From contig CAJJLZ010000005.1 of NCBI GenBank assembly GCA_905192745.1, positions 6,038 to 70,037 of the forward strand: DNA of 64,000 bases, written 5' to 3'. The stretch's first letter is position 1. Every line of letters starts with the position of its first letter. The stretch is from an uncultured Oscillospiraceae bacterium. Lineage in GTDB: Bacteria; Bacillota; Clostridia; Oscillospirales; Acutalibacteraceae. The notes under the pieces were generated by a model. The model was not told the origin of the DNA. It ran no database searches and was given only the letters and a program-made list of their open reading frames with translations. The translations under genes were made by a program, and so were the position numbers. Shown one piece after another: positions 49,546-57,985 of the stretch.

Positions 49546-49574
49546 ACTTTACACCAGAAATGACCATTGGTCAA
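49546..49574 (-). promoter_or_regulatory. Candidate promoter of the TetR-MMPL operon
   Basis: TTGACC, a 17-nt spacer, then TAAAGT on the minus strand. Confidence 0.45.
49561..49573. promoter_or_regulatory. Candidate TetR operator 2
   Basis: TGACCA-t-TGGTCA perfect palindrome overlapping the predicted -35. Confidence 0.5.
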
Positions 49575-49844
49575 CACCTGCACTGCAATATTCATAATTT
49601 CTTCATCTTTTATGCTTTTCCCGGGAGGTCTTTCCGCCCTCCAGAGAAAAGGACCCCGACGGGGAAAACGACTCTCCGACAGGGTGGGGGAACAGGGGAG
49701 TGCGCGGAAAGACCGCGCGATGAATATACAAAGGAGAAGGGGCCCGAAAGTTTCAGAAACTCACGGAAGGTTTCCCCAAAGAACGGCGCTTTTTAGGGAA
49801 TTCCTGAAAGTCGCGTCCGGATGAAAAAAAGTTAAATCAACCCC

Positions 49845-49873
49845 TTGACAAAAGCCTGCCGGATCGTTATAAT
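49845..49873 (+). promoter_or_regulatory. Promoter of tRNA-Leu
   Basis: Consensus TTGACA, a 17-nt spacer, then TATAAT, about 60 nt upstream of the tRNA. Confidence 0.7.
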
Positions 49874-49932
49874 AACATTCGTCGCTGACGGATGTCGCTG
49901 AAAGGCGTTCCCAAAGCGGCAAAATAAAATAG

Positions 49933-50019
49933 GCGGATATGGCGGAACTGGCAGACGCGTTAGATTCAGGTTCTAATGAGCGCAAGCTCATGGAGGTTCA
50001 AGTCCTCTTATCCGCACCA
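49933..50019 (+). tRNA. tRNA-Leu (anticodon CAG), CCA encoded
   Basis: Hand-folded cloverleaf. Acceptor GCGGATA/TATCCGC, anticodon stem TTAGA/TCTAA with loop TTCAGGT, a long variable arm (GAGC/GCTC), T-loop TTCAAGT and a 3' ACCA. Confidence 0.9.
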
Positions 50020-50022
50020 CGT

Positions 50023-50057
50023 CGGAGTAAGCTTTGTATCGCTTGCTCCGATTTTTC
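50023..50057 (+). terminator. tRNA-Leu terminator
   Basis: CGGAGTAAGC / GCTTGCTCCG stem (one G-T pair) followed by ATTTTTCTTT. Confidence 0.6.
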
Positions 50058-50150
50058 TTTGAAAAAACAGAGCGCACTCGCCTGCTGCTCCTCCTTCCCG
50101 CAAAAAGCCTCGCTTGCTGCGGCTGATGCCGGTACGGCATAGACAAGTCT

Positions 50151-50195
50151 AAAAAGGCTGAGCATCTTGCCAACGGTAAGATGCTCAGCCTTTTT
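50151..50195. terminator. Bidirectional terminator
   Basis: GGCTGAGCATCTT / AAGATGCTCAGCC are 13-bp arms flanked by A5 and T5. Confidence 0.75.
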
Positions 50196-50229
50196 GTCTT
50201 TTGTCATTGAAAATGCAAGAGAAAACCAC

Positions 50230-51059
50230 TTAAATCCGCGAGAAAAATTCACGGTATATTCGGATAAGCTCCAGTTCCGTCCACGGCTTTACCTTTACCG
50301 GGTTTTCATCCAGATCATATATTTTCGCGTCCCGCGCCGCCAGCAAAAACGGCGAATGGGTTGATATAATAAACTGGCATTCAAAAAGCGGGCGGAGTCT
50401 TCTATAAATTCCTTCAGTTCTATTTGTCTCTGCGGTGAAAGGCTGTTTTCCGGCTCATCCAATATATACAGCCCGCCGTCGCCGATTTTTTCAATAAAAT
50501 ATTTGTAGGCGTTTTCTCCGTTTGAGAGTTCTCTCACCGTATCGATCAATTCGCTTTTCACAAATTGCCGCTGTGTTTTGCTCCGCGCTTTTACTACTCT
50601 TTTTAATTCATCGTAATCGGCGATGGATTTCACTTGAAAGTGGGCGTACTTCGCGTCCAGATATTCCTTGCATGTGATCTTCCTTTTCCGGTCAATCCCC
50701 TCGTTTAAAGCGCGTATCTCCAGCATGTAATCAAAAACGTCGTCGCTTGTGATAATCCGGCTGTTTTCAGGGATACTTTTTCGCGTGTCGGCATCGCACA
50801 ATTTCACATAGTCGGGATAACCACTGGTTTTGTTATACATGGAATCCCGATGAATCTTCATTTTTTCCGCAATGATGTTTAAGGCCGTTGATTTCCCCGA
50901 ACCGTTGCTCCCGTATAAAATAGTGATCGGTTCAAAGTCAATCCGCCTGAGATTGTGTGCCGACAGGACGCGGAAGGGATACGATGCGTCTCCGGTTGTA
51001 TAGGCATATTTAAGTTCCATATCCTCGCTGGGGAATGTGAAACCGGTTAAGTAAATCAT
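50230..51059 (-). pseudogene. AAA/ABC-like ATPase gene interrupted by a -1 frameshift in a homopolymer
   Basis: Walker A (GSNGSGKST) and Walker B (LYILDEPENSLSP). After ...EDSARF the frame is lost at the A5/T5 run (50383-50387). The shifted frame continues ECQFIISTHSPFLLAARDAKIYDLDENPVKVKPWTELELIRIYREFFSRI and stops at 50230. The track ORF ends at 50295. Confidence 0.75.
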
Positions 51060-51184
51060 GACGCTGTACTCCTCAAACGCAGAAACTTTGATCGGTGTCT
51101 ATAGTATAGCATATTTTCAATGGGGAGTATGGAAATTTACGCTTCGGATTCGACGTTACCGGACATTCTTTTTTCTGCTAAATA

Positions 51185-51213
51185 TTGAAACAGCGGCGTC
51201 TTTCGGGTACAAT
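51185..51213 (+). promoter_or_regulatory. Candidate promoter of the Ntn hydrolase gene
   Basis: TTGAAA, a 17-nt spacer, then TACAAT. Confidence 0.5.
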
Positions 51214-51264
51214 TTGGTTAGAATACAGGGGGAATCAATCGATAAATCGGATGGAGGCAGGCGT

Positions 51265-52248
51265 ATGTGTACGGCAGCGTGCTACAAAACCAAGGCGTTT
51301 TATTTCGGCAGAACGCTGGACTATGATTTTTCCTATGGCGATGAGGTGACCATAACCCCGCGGAATTATCCGTTTTCCTTCCGCGGCGCGGACGGCGCGG
51401 GGCGCATGGATCACCATTACGCCATCATCGGTATGGCTCATGTGGCGGAGGAATACCCGCTCTATTATGATGCGATCAATGAAAAAGGGCTGGGAATGGC
51501 CGGCCTGAATTTCGTGGGAAATGCGGATTACGGGGAGGACGCGCAGGGGAAGGACAATATCGCGCCGTTTGAATTTATACCGTGGATTCTGGGCCAGTGC
51601 GCCACGGTGCGGGAAGCGAAAGCGCTGCTGGAAAGGATACGTCTCGTTGACAGAACCTTTAATGAGAAACTGCCGGTAGCCCAGCTCCATTGGCTGATTG
51701 CCGACCGGGAAGAAGCGATTACCGTGGAATCGGTGAGGGAGGGCCTTCGCGTCTATCCGAATCCGGTTGGTGTTTTAACGAACAATCCTCCGTTCGACGA
51801 GCAGATGTTCCAGCTCAATAATTATATGCATTTATCTCCTCGATCTCCCGAAAATCATTTTTCCGATCAACTGTCCCTCCACGAGTACAGCCGCGGCATG
51901 GGCGCGCTGGGACTGCCGGGCGACCTGTCCTCCCAATCCCGTTTTGTTCGGGTCGCTTTCACGAAAATGAACGCGGTTTCCGGTGATTCGGAATCCGAAA
52001 GCGTCAGCCAGTTTTTTCACATTCTGGGCTCTGTCGATCAGCAGAGGGGCTGCTGCGATGTCGGCGGCGGAAAATTTGAAATTACGATTTACACTTCCTG
52101 CTGCAATACCGACAAAGGAATCTATTACTACACGACTTATGATAATCACCAGATCACGGCGGTGGATATGCACAGGGAGGAACTGGACGGCATTCGTCTG
52201 GTTCGGTATCCGCTGATTCAGGGTGAACACATACGGTGGCAGAATTAA
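51265..52248 (+). CDS. Choloylglycine (bile salt) hydrolase / penicillin V acylase family Ntn hydrolase
   Basis: Begins MCTA, giving the Cys2 nucleophile after Met removal. Family blocks present (FGRTLDY, NEKGL, LTNNPPF, LPGDLSSQSRFVR). The track ORF is extended upstream. Confidence 0.85.
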   Translation: MCTAACYKTKAFYFGRTLDYDFSYGDEVTITPRNYPFSFRGADGAGRMDHHYAIIGMAHVAEEYPLYYDAINEKGLGMAGLNFVGNADYGEDAQGKDNIAPFEFIPWILGQCATVREAKALLERIRLVDRTFNEKLPVAQLHWLIADREEAITVESVREGLRVYPNPVGVLTNNPPFDEQMFQLNNYMHLSPRSPENHFSDQLSLHEYSRGMGALGLPGDLSSQSRFVRVAFTKMNAVSGDSESESVSQFFHILGSVDQQRGCCDVGGGKFEITIYTSCCNTDKGIYYYTTYDNHQITAVDMHREELDGIRLVRYPLIQGEHIRWQN

Positions 52249-52352
52249 GAGGATGGCCGCGCCTATCCCCACAGGGGATTTTGTGCACGGTGTTCACGGA
52301 ACGGATACGTTCCTAAACATATGGAAAACCTGCCGGGGAAGGGAAGAAGAGC

Positions 52353-53468
52353 ATGGAACGTCTGGAAAGATGGATGCAATGGTGCAGGAAAGAAGCCGTA
52401 CTCTGCGCAGCATTCGCCTGTGCGCTGGTTTCCATGCTGTTCGTGCCGCCGGATGCGGAATACCGGGGCTATGTCAATCTGCAGGTTCTCTGTTTGCTTT
52501 TCTGCCTGATGGCCGTGGTTCTGGGACTGCAGTCCTGCGGTCTGTTCGAACTGCTGGCGCAGAAGCTCCTGACCGGCCGGAAATCGGGGCGGCGGTTGGT
52601 TCTCCTGCTGGTTTTACTGCCTTTTTTCACCTCCATGCTGGTCACAAACGACGTAGCGCTGATTACCTTTGTCCCCTTCGGTCTGCTGGTGCTGGAAGCG
52701 GCGGATGCGAAAGCGCTCGCCATCCCGGTTGTTGTCCTGCAGACGGTGGCGGCAAATCTCGGCAGTATGGCCACTCCCGTGGGAAATCCGCAGAATCTGT
52801 ATCTGTATGCCTTTTATGGGCTGAATGGCGCGCAGTTTTTTCGCGCTCTTCTCCCGCTTGTTCTGGTCAGCCTGCTCGGCCTGACGGCGGCCTGCCTGTG
52901 TACGGGGAAGCGGGAACTGCGGGTGGATTTCCCCCGGCCGGTATCGCTGCGCAGCCCGGGCCGGCTGGCGGTATATCTCGCTTTATTCGGGTTTTGCCTG
53001 CTTTCGGTTTTTCGCCTTGTCCCGTATGCGGCGGTCACCGCCGGGGTGCTTGCCGTCTTTCTTGTGCTGGACCGGAAACTCCTTCAGCGGGTGGATTACG
53101 GCCTGCTGCTGACCTTCCTCTGCTTTTTTGTGTTTTCCGGAAATCTCGGCCGTATTGCGCCGGTGCGGGATTTTTTAAGCGAACTGCTGACGCGCGGCTC
53201 TCTCCTCTGCTCGGTGGCCGCCAGCCAGATAATCAGCAACGTGCCGGCAGCCGTCCTGCTCTCCGGCTTTACGGACGATTGGCGCGGCCTGCTGGCCGGC
53301 GTTAACATCGGCGGTCTGGGAACTCCGATCGCTTCCCTGGCCAGCCTGATTTCCTTCCGGATCTATCTGCGGCAGCCGGAGGCGAGGCTGGGAAGATATC
53401 TGCTGATCTTTACTCTGGCGAATCTGGTGGGGCTGGCCGTTCTCCTTCCGATTGCTCTGCTGCTGTGA
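52353..53468 (+). CDS. ArsB/NhaD-superfamily anion permease (citrate-transporter-like)
   Basis: 371 aa with about 10 TM helices and motifs such as NDVALITFVP and GNPQNL. Confidence 0.7.
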   Translation: MERLERWMQWCRKEAVLCAAFACALVSMLFVPPDAEYRGYVNLQVLCLLFCLMAVVLGLQSCGLFELLAQKLLTGRKSGRRLVLLLVLLPFFTSMLVTNDVALITFVPFGLLVLEAADAKALAIPVVVLQTVAANLGSMATPVGNPQNLYLYAFYGLNGAQFFRALLPLVLVSLLGLTAACLCTGKRELRVDFPRPVSLRSPGRLAVYLALFGFCLLSVFRLVPYAAVTAGVLAVFLVLDRKLLQRVDYGLLLTFLCFFVFSGNLGRIAPVRDFLSELLTRGSLLCSVAASQIISNVPAAVLLSGFTDDWRGLLAGVNIGGLGTPIASLASLISFRIYLRQPEARLGRYLLIFTLANLVGLAVLLPIALLL

Positions 53469-53487
53469 ACGGGAACAGGACGGCCCC

Positions 53488-53514
53488 TTTTCTGCCTTTT
53501 CTGCCTTTTCTGCC
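53488..53514. repeat. 3 x 9-bp tandem repeat (CTTTTCTGC)
   Basis: Read directly in the intergenic region after the permease gene. Confidence 0.8.
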
Positions 53515-53541
53515 GCCCCTCGCTTTCTCTCATAAAGGATA

Positions 53542-53570
53542 TTGTGGTTTTTCTGAAAAAACGATATAAT
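53542..53570 (+). promoter_or_regulatory. Candidate promoter of xpaC-telA
   Basis: TTGTGG, a 17-nt spacer, then TATAAT. Confidence 0.45.
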
Positions 53571-53682
53571 GAGGGAGAACGAACCGCGTAAACGGGGATA
53601 ACGGGGATGGGGAAGAGAGGGCCCTCTTTTGCCTGTCGTTCGGCAAGCCCAAACGGATTGGCTCACGTTGGAGGACAACGCC

Positions 53683-54888
53683 ATGGATGATAAATTCGTC
53701 AATCTCGGTCAGGAAATTCAGAACGCCGTGCAGAGGGTACTGGATTCCAAAAGTCTGGCCGATCTGGAGGTTACAATCAACGACACGGTCCGCCGCACCA
53801 CCCAGAAGGTGGCGGACAGCGCCAGAAAAGCGACGGGCGCCGCCCGGCAAACGACATACTATTACCAGACGCCGCCTGCCGCTCCGCCGGGGACTCACGC
53901 GGGACAATATCCGACGCCGCCCCGTTCGGTCCCCTATGCGGCGCCGGTGGCCTATCAGCAGACAGTGACGCGGCGGAAAATCCGCGCGCCCGGCTTGGCG
54001 GCCAGCGTGTTGATGATCGTCGCCGGCTTTCTGGGAGTCATTCCTTTCGGGGGAGCGTTCCTGGCCGTGTTGATTCAACTGATTTCTGAATGGAGCGTTG
54101 GGAATCTGATCGCTACCCTGCTGATGGCGGCTTTTTTCAGCGGCTGCCTGTTTCTGATCCTCCGCGGATTTTCCAATCGCCGGCGGATCCGCCGATTCGT
54201 TCAGTATCAGTCGGTGATTCAGGGAAGGAGTTTCTGCACCGTCTCGGAGCTGACGGCGGCAACGGGAGCAACCGCGGATTTCGTGGTGAAGGATCTTCGA
54301 AAAATGCTTCAGCTGCGGATGTTCCCCGAGGGATACCTCAACGCGGAAGGAACCAGCTTCATGCTGGATTACGCTACCTTCCAGCAATACCAACAGGCGG
54401 AGGAAAGGTCCCGCCGCCGGCAGGAGGAACTGGACAGCAACCCGGAAAAGGCGGCGATTCAGCAGATGCTGACCGAAGGCGGCGCCTACATCCGCCGAAT
54501 CCGGGAAATCAATCTCGAGCTTCCGGCGGAGGATATCAGCCGGAAACTGGATACGCTGGAAACCGTGACCGGAAAAATTTTCGTTTATGTGGAAAAGCAC
54601 CCGGATAAGCTTCCTCAGATCCGGAAATTCCTGTGCTACTACCTTCCCACCACCCTGAAGCTGGTGGAAGCCTACCGTGATCTGGAAAAGCAGCACGCCG
54701 ACAGCAAATCCGCCGGCGGGGCCAAAGAGGAAATTCAGGGCGCGCTGGATAAAATCAACCTCGCCTTCCAAACCCTGCTCGACAATCTGATGCAGGACGA
54801 CCTGCTGGATCTTTCGGCGGATATCTCCACGCTGGAGACGATGATGGCGCAGGAAGGGCTGACCGGCCTGAATTTCCGTCAGTCCTGA
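53683..54888 (+). CDS. xpaC: XpaC-like (5-bromo-4-chloroindolyl phosphate hydrolysis) membrane protein
   Basis: The ATG at 53683 has a GGAGGA RBS. Two central TM helices and a helical C-terminal domain, directly upstream of a TelA-family gene as in Bacillus xpaC-yaaN. Confidence 0.65.
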   Translation: MDDKFVNLGQEIQNAVQRVLDSKSLADLEVTINDTVRRTTQKVADSARKATGAARQTTYYYQTPPAAPPGTHAGQYPTPPRSVPYAAPVAYQQTVTRRKIRAPGLAASVLMIVAGFLGVIPFGGAFLAVLIQLISEWSVGNLIATLLMAAFFSGCLFLILRGFSNRRRIRRFVQYQSVIQGRSFCTVSELTAATGATADFVVKDLRKMLQLRMFPEGYLNAEGTSFMLDYATFQQYQQAEERSRRRQEELDSNPEKAAIQQMLTEGGAYIRRIREINLELPAEDISRKLDTLETVTGKIFVYVEKHPDKLPQIRKFLCYYLPTTLKLVEAYRDLEKQHADSKSAGGAKEEIQGALDKINLAFQTLLDNLMQDDLLDLSADISTLETMMAQEGLTGLNFRQS

Positions 54889-54948
54889 CCAAACCCGGTA
54901 TTTCCCGGTTTACGGCGCCGTACCCATAAGTAAAAGGAGGAACCAACC

Positions 54949-56094
54949 ATGTCTGACACTATGCAGGAAATGCCCACCCTGACGCTGGATCCCGGTGCCG
55001 CCTCCGCCGCGCCTTCGGTCTCTCCGGCGAATACGGCGGCAAAGGAAGAGGAAACCATCGTTCCTGTTGAGCAGATGAAGCTGACGGAACAGGAACAGCA
55101 GATGGTGGATTCGTTCGTCCCGAAAATCGATCTGCGGGATTCCCATCTCGTGCTGCAGTACGGTTCCGGCGCACAGAAGAAAATTGCCGACTTTTCCGAG
55201 AATGTGCTTGGTTCCGTCCGCACGAAGGATCTGGGTGAAATCGGCGAGATGCTGTCGGGTGTGGTCACCGAGCTGAAAAGCTTCGATGTGGAGGAAGAGA
55301 AAGGCCTTTTCGGCTTTTTCAAGCGGAGCTCGAACAAAATCACGGCGATGAAGGTCAGGTACGACAAGGCGGAGGGCAACATCAATAAAATCTGCGGCGT
55401 ACTCGAAAACCATCAGATTCAGCTGATGAAGGATATCTCCCTGCTGGATAAGATGTACGAGCTGAACACCGTGTATTTCAAGGAGCTTTGCCTGTATATC
55501 ATCGCCGGGAAGAAAAAGCTGAACATAGTGCGGGAAACCGACCTCGCCGCTCTCGCGGAAAAGGCAAAGCAGAGCGGGCTGGCGGAGGACGCGCAGGCGG
55601 CGAACGACCTTGCGGCCCTCTGCGACCGTTTTGAGAAAAAGCTGCACGATCTGGAACTGACCCGGATGATTTCCATCCAAATGGCCCCCCAGATCCGGAT
55701 GATACAGAACAACAACACCCTGATGTCGGATAAAATCCAGTCCACGCTGGTCAACACCATTCCGCTCTGGAAGAGCCAGATGGTTCTGGCCCTGGGGCTG
55801 GAACATTCCCGTCAGGCGGCGAGCGCTCAGCGGGAGGTCGCCGACATGACCAACGAACTGCTGAAAAAGAACGCCGACGCCCTGAAAATGGCGACGGTGG
55901 ATATTGCGCGGGAATCCGAACGGGGCGTGGTGGATATCGAGACTCTGCAGCACACCAACCAAAGCCTGATCTCCACACTGGACGAGGTCCTTCAGATTCA
56001 GGAGGAGGGACGGCAGAAACGTCAGGAGGCCGAGCGGGAGCTTTCCCGTCTGGAGGGCGAGCTCAAACAGAAGCTGCTGGATATTCGCGGATAA
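54949..56094 (+). CDS. telA: TelA-family toxic anion resistance protein
   Basis: 381 aa, all-helical, with TelA-like blocks (LQYGSGAQKKIADFS, LTRMISIQMAPQIRMIQNNN). Confidence 0.8.
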   Translation: MSDTMQEMPTLTLDPGAASAAPSVSPANTAAKEEETIVPVEQMKLTEQEQQMVDSFVPKIDLRDSHLVLQYGSGAQKKIADFSENVLGSVRTKDLGEIGEMLSGVVTELKSFDVEEEKGLFGFFKRSSNKITAMKVRYDKAEGNINKICGVLENHQIQLMKDISLLDKMYELNTVYFKELCLYIIAGKKKLNIVRETDLAALAEKAKQSGLAEDAQAANDLAALCDRFEKKLHDLELTRMISIQMAPQIRMIQNNNTLMSDKIQSTLVNTIPLWKSQMVLALGLEHSRQAASAQREVADMTNELLKKNADALKMATVDIARESERGVVDIETLQHTNQSLISTLDEVLQIQEEGRQKRQEAERELSRLEGELKQKLLDIRG

Positions 56095-56126
56095 AAAACG
56101 CGATATTTCTCCGTGTTTGTGATATA

Positions 56127-56176
56127 CTACAGGAGGAAACAAAGGCCGTGACCGCCGTTTCCTCCTGTAGTTTTTT
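56127..56176 (+). terminator. telA terminator
   Basis: CTACAGGAGGAAAC / GTTTCCTCCTGTAG are 14-bp arms followed by a T6 run. Confidence 0.75.
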
Positions 56177-56210
56177 GTTATTTTGTCATTTGAGAAAGGA
56201 TGACGCCGTT

Positions 56211-57164
56211 ATGACTTCCAGCAACAACCGGAAGGTAGTGCTGATCGGCACCGGCATGGTGGGGATGAGCTACGCTTACGCGCTGCTGAACCAGAACGCC
56301 TGCGACGAGCTTGTTCTGATCGACCTGGACAGGGAGCGGGCCAGGGGAGAGGCGATGGATCTGAACCACGGGCTGGCCTTTTCCGCCTCCAGCATGAAAA
56401 TCTACGCCGGGGAATACACCGACTGCGCGAACGCGGATATCGTGGTCATCTGCGCCGGGGTCGCGCAGAAACCGGGGGAATCCCGGCTGGATCTTTTGCA
56501 GCGAAACGCCGCGGTTTTCCGTTCCATTATCGGTCCGGTAACCGAATCCGGCTTTAACGGCATCTTTCTGGTAGCCACCAATCCGGTGGATATCATGACC
56601 CGGATTACCTGTACGCTGTCCGGCTTCAACCCCCGTCGGGTGCTGGGCAGCGGCACCGCGCTGGACACCGCCCGGCTGCGGTACCTGCTCGGGGAGTATT
56701 TCTCGGTCGATCCCCGCAATATGCACGCCTATGTGATTGGGGAGCATGGGGACAGCGAATTCGTCCCCTGGTCTCAGGCAATGATGGCGACCAAGCCGAT
56801 TCTCACCCTGTGTGAGGAGGCCGGGAATTGCCAGTATGCCGACCTGGAAAATATCGCCGCCGAGGTGCGGGGCGCGGCGCAGCAGATCATCAAGGCCAAG
56901 CGGGCCACCTATTACGGGATCGGTATGGCTCTGGTGAGGATCACCAAAGCCATTTTCGGCAATGAAAACAGCGTGCTCACTGTTTCCGCCATGCTGCGGG
57001 GGGAATATGGGGAAAACGGCGTGTATGTCGGCGTTCCCTGTGTCGTCAACCGCAACGGGGTGCGAAAGGTGCTCACTCTTTCCCTGAACGAAGACGAAAA
57101 CCAACGCTTCCGAGCTTCCTGCCGGACGCTGCAGGAATCCTACGCGGAGCTTTCTCTGGAATAA
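56211..57164 (+). CDS. ldh: L-lactate dehydrogenase
   Basis: KVVLIGTGMVGMSYAYAL Rossmann motif and an LDH catalytic block (GEHGDSEF). The ATG lies at 56211. Confidence 0.9.
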   Translation: MTSSNNRKVVLIGTGMVGMSYAYALLNQNACDELVLIDLDRERARGEAMDLNHGLAFSASSMKIYAGEYTDCANADIVVICAGVAQKPGESRLDLLQRNAAVFRSIIGPVTESGFNGIFLVATNPVDIMTRITCTLSGFNPRRVLGSGTALDTARLRYLLGEYFSVDPRNMHAYVIGEHGDSEFVPWSQAMMATKPILTLCEEAGNCQYADLENIAAEVRGAAQQIIKAKRATYYGIGMALVRITKAIFGNENSVLTVSAMLRGEYGENGVYVGVPCVVNRNGVRKVLTLSLNEDENQRFRASCRTLQESYAELSLE

Positions 57165-57985
57165 CGGACCTTCAAATCCTGCCCGGTAGAAACCAACCCA
57201 TCCGCATTAATAAACCGCATGGTCATGGGATCATAATACCGGCTCAGGAGATAATACAGTCCACTCTCGGCATCATACTCATACCCACGGTAGCGGAAGG
57301 GGTTGAGGGCACCCACGGTCGCGGCCAGACTGCCGGTGACGCTGACCGGACGGCCCCACGAGTCGTAGCTGTACTGCACCACCGACGTGCCGGTTTTGTC
57401 AATCAGCCCCACCACGTCGCCCTGCGCGTTGTAGACGTAGTAATACCCCGTACCGTTCAGCAGGAAGCCGACCCGGCGGCCGTCGCCCTCATACATGAAG
57501 AGCAGGATATCATTGCCCTTCTGCATCTTCATGATCTTGCCGTCGGTGTCCCGCCAGTAGGTGGTCGCCGTGCCGTTCACGGTTTTCTTCACCCGCTGGC
57601 CGTCCGCGTCGTACTGGAACGCCATGCTCAGCCCGGTTTTGTTCAGCGTTTTGAGCTGCCGGCAGTCCCACGTCATCGTCATCCCGTCCCGGTAGGCGAG
57701 GGGATTGCCGATCGCGTCGTAGGTGATGCTCTGCCCCTTGTAGGCGGTCAGCAGGTCCTTCCATGTGCTGTCCGTGTAAGAGAAGGTTTCCAGCCCGGTC
57801 ATGCCAGACTCCAGCTCGCCGCTTTCGGAATACGGGTATTCCTGCCGGCTCAGGAGGTTGCCGCCCGCGTCGTAGGCGTAGGTGGTCATCTTGCCCGTGA
57901 TCTGGTTGTTTTCCCAGATCAACTGGTTCAGTCCGTCGTATTTGTACGATATCTTCCGACCGCACTGGTCTGTGATGGTCGCGAT
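57140..57985 (-). pseudogene. Terminal orphan rhs core fragment without toxin domain (copy C)
   Basis: YD-repeat sequence that is near-identical to copies A and B. It has no start codon of its own (the frame opens after a TGA at about 57990). After ...RFINADGLVSTGQ it runs into ldh-flanking sequence and stops at 57140. Confidence 0.75.
57177..57985 (-). repeat. rhs core repeat, copy C
   Basis: Offset 2061 nt from copy B and 4494 nt from copy A. The alternate-frame ORF 57510..57965 shares its C-terminal sequence (about 133 of 135 aa) with 59571..59978 and 62004..62411. Sequence is more diverged at 57920-57985. Confidence 0.9.

Noticed and set aside
50020-51264. A genomic island integrated at tRNA-Leu.
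   Set aside because: Only one low-GC, frameshifted gene follows the tRNA. No integrase, no duplicated tRNA 3' end (att repeat) and no further cargo were found, so an island cannot be supported. It is reported only as a possible remnant.
52223-53305. A 360-aa ORF in a different frame over the anion permease gene.
   Set aside because: The translation is Gly/Arg/Ala/Pro-rich without TM helices or motifs, whereas the 52353..53468 frame gives a regular polytopic permease.
53488-53514. A 3 x 9-bp tandem repeat (CTTTTCTGC), considered as a possible CRISPR or VNTR element. The G/T/S-linker DNA repeats at 42410-42560 were also considered.
   Set aside because: The tandem repeat is far too short and has no spacers. 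The second set lies inside a coding region and encodes a low-complexity linker. No CRISPR-like repeat-spacer periodicity exists anywhere in the window.
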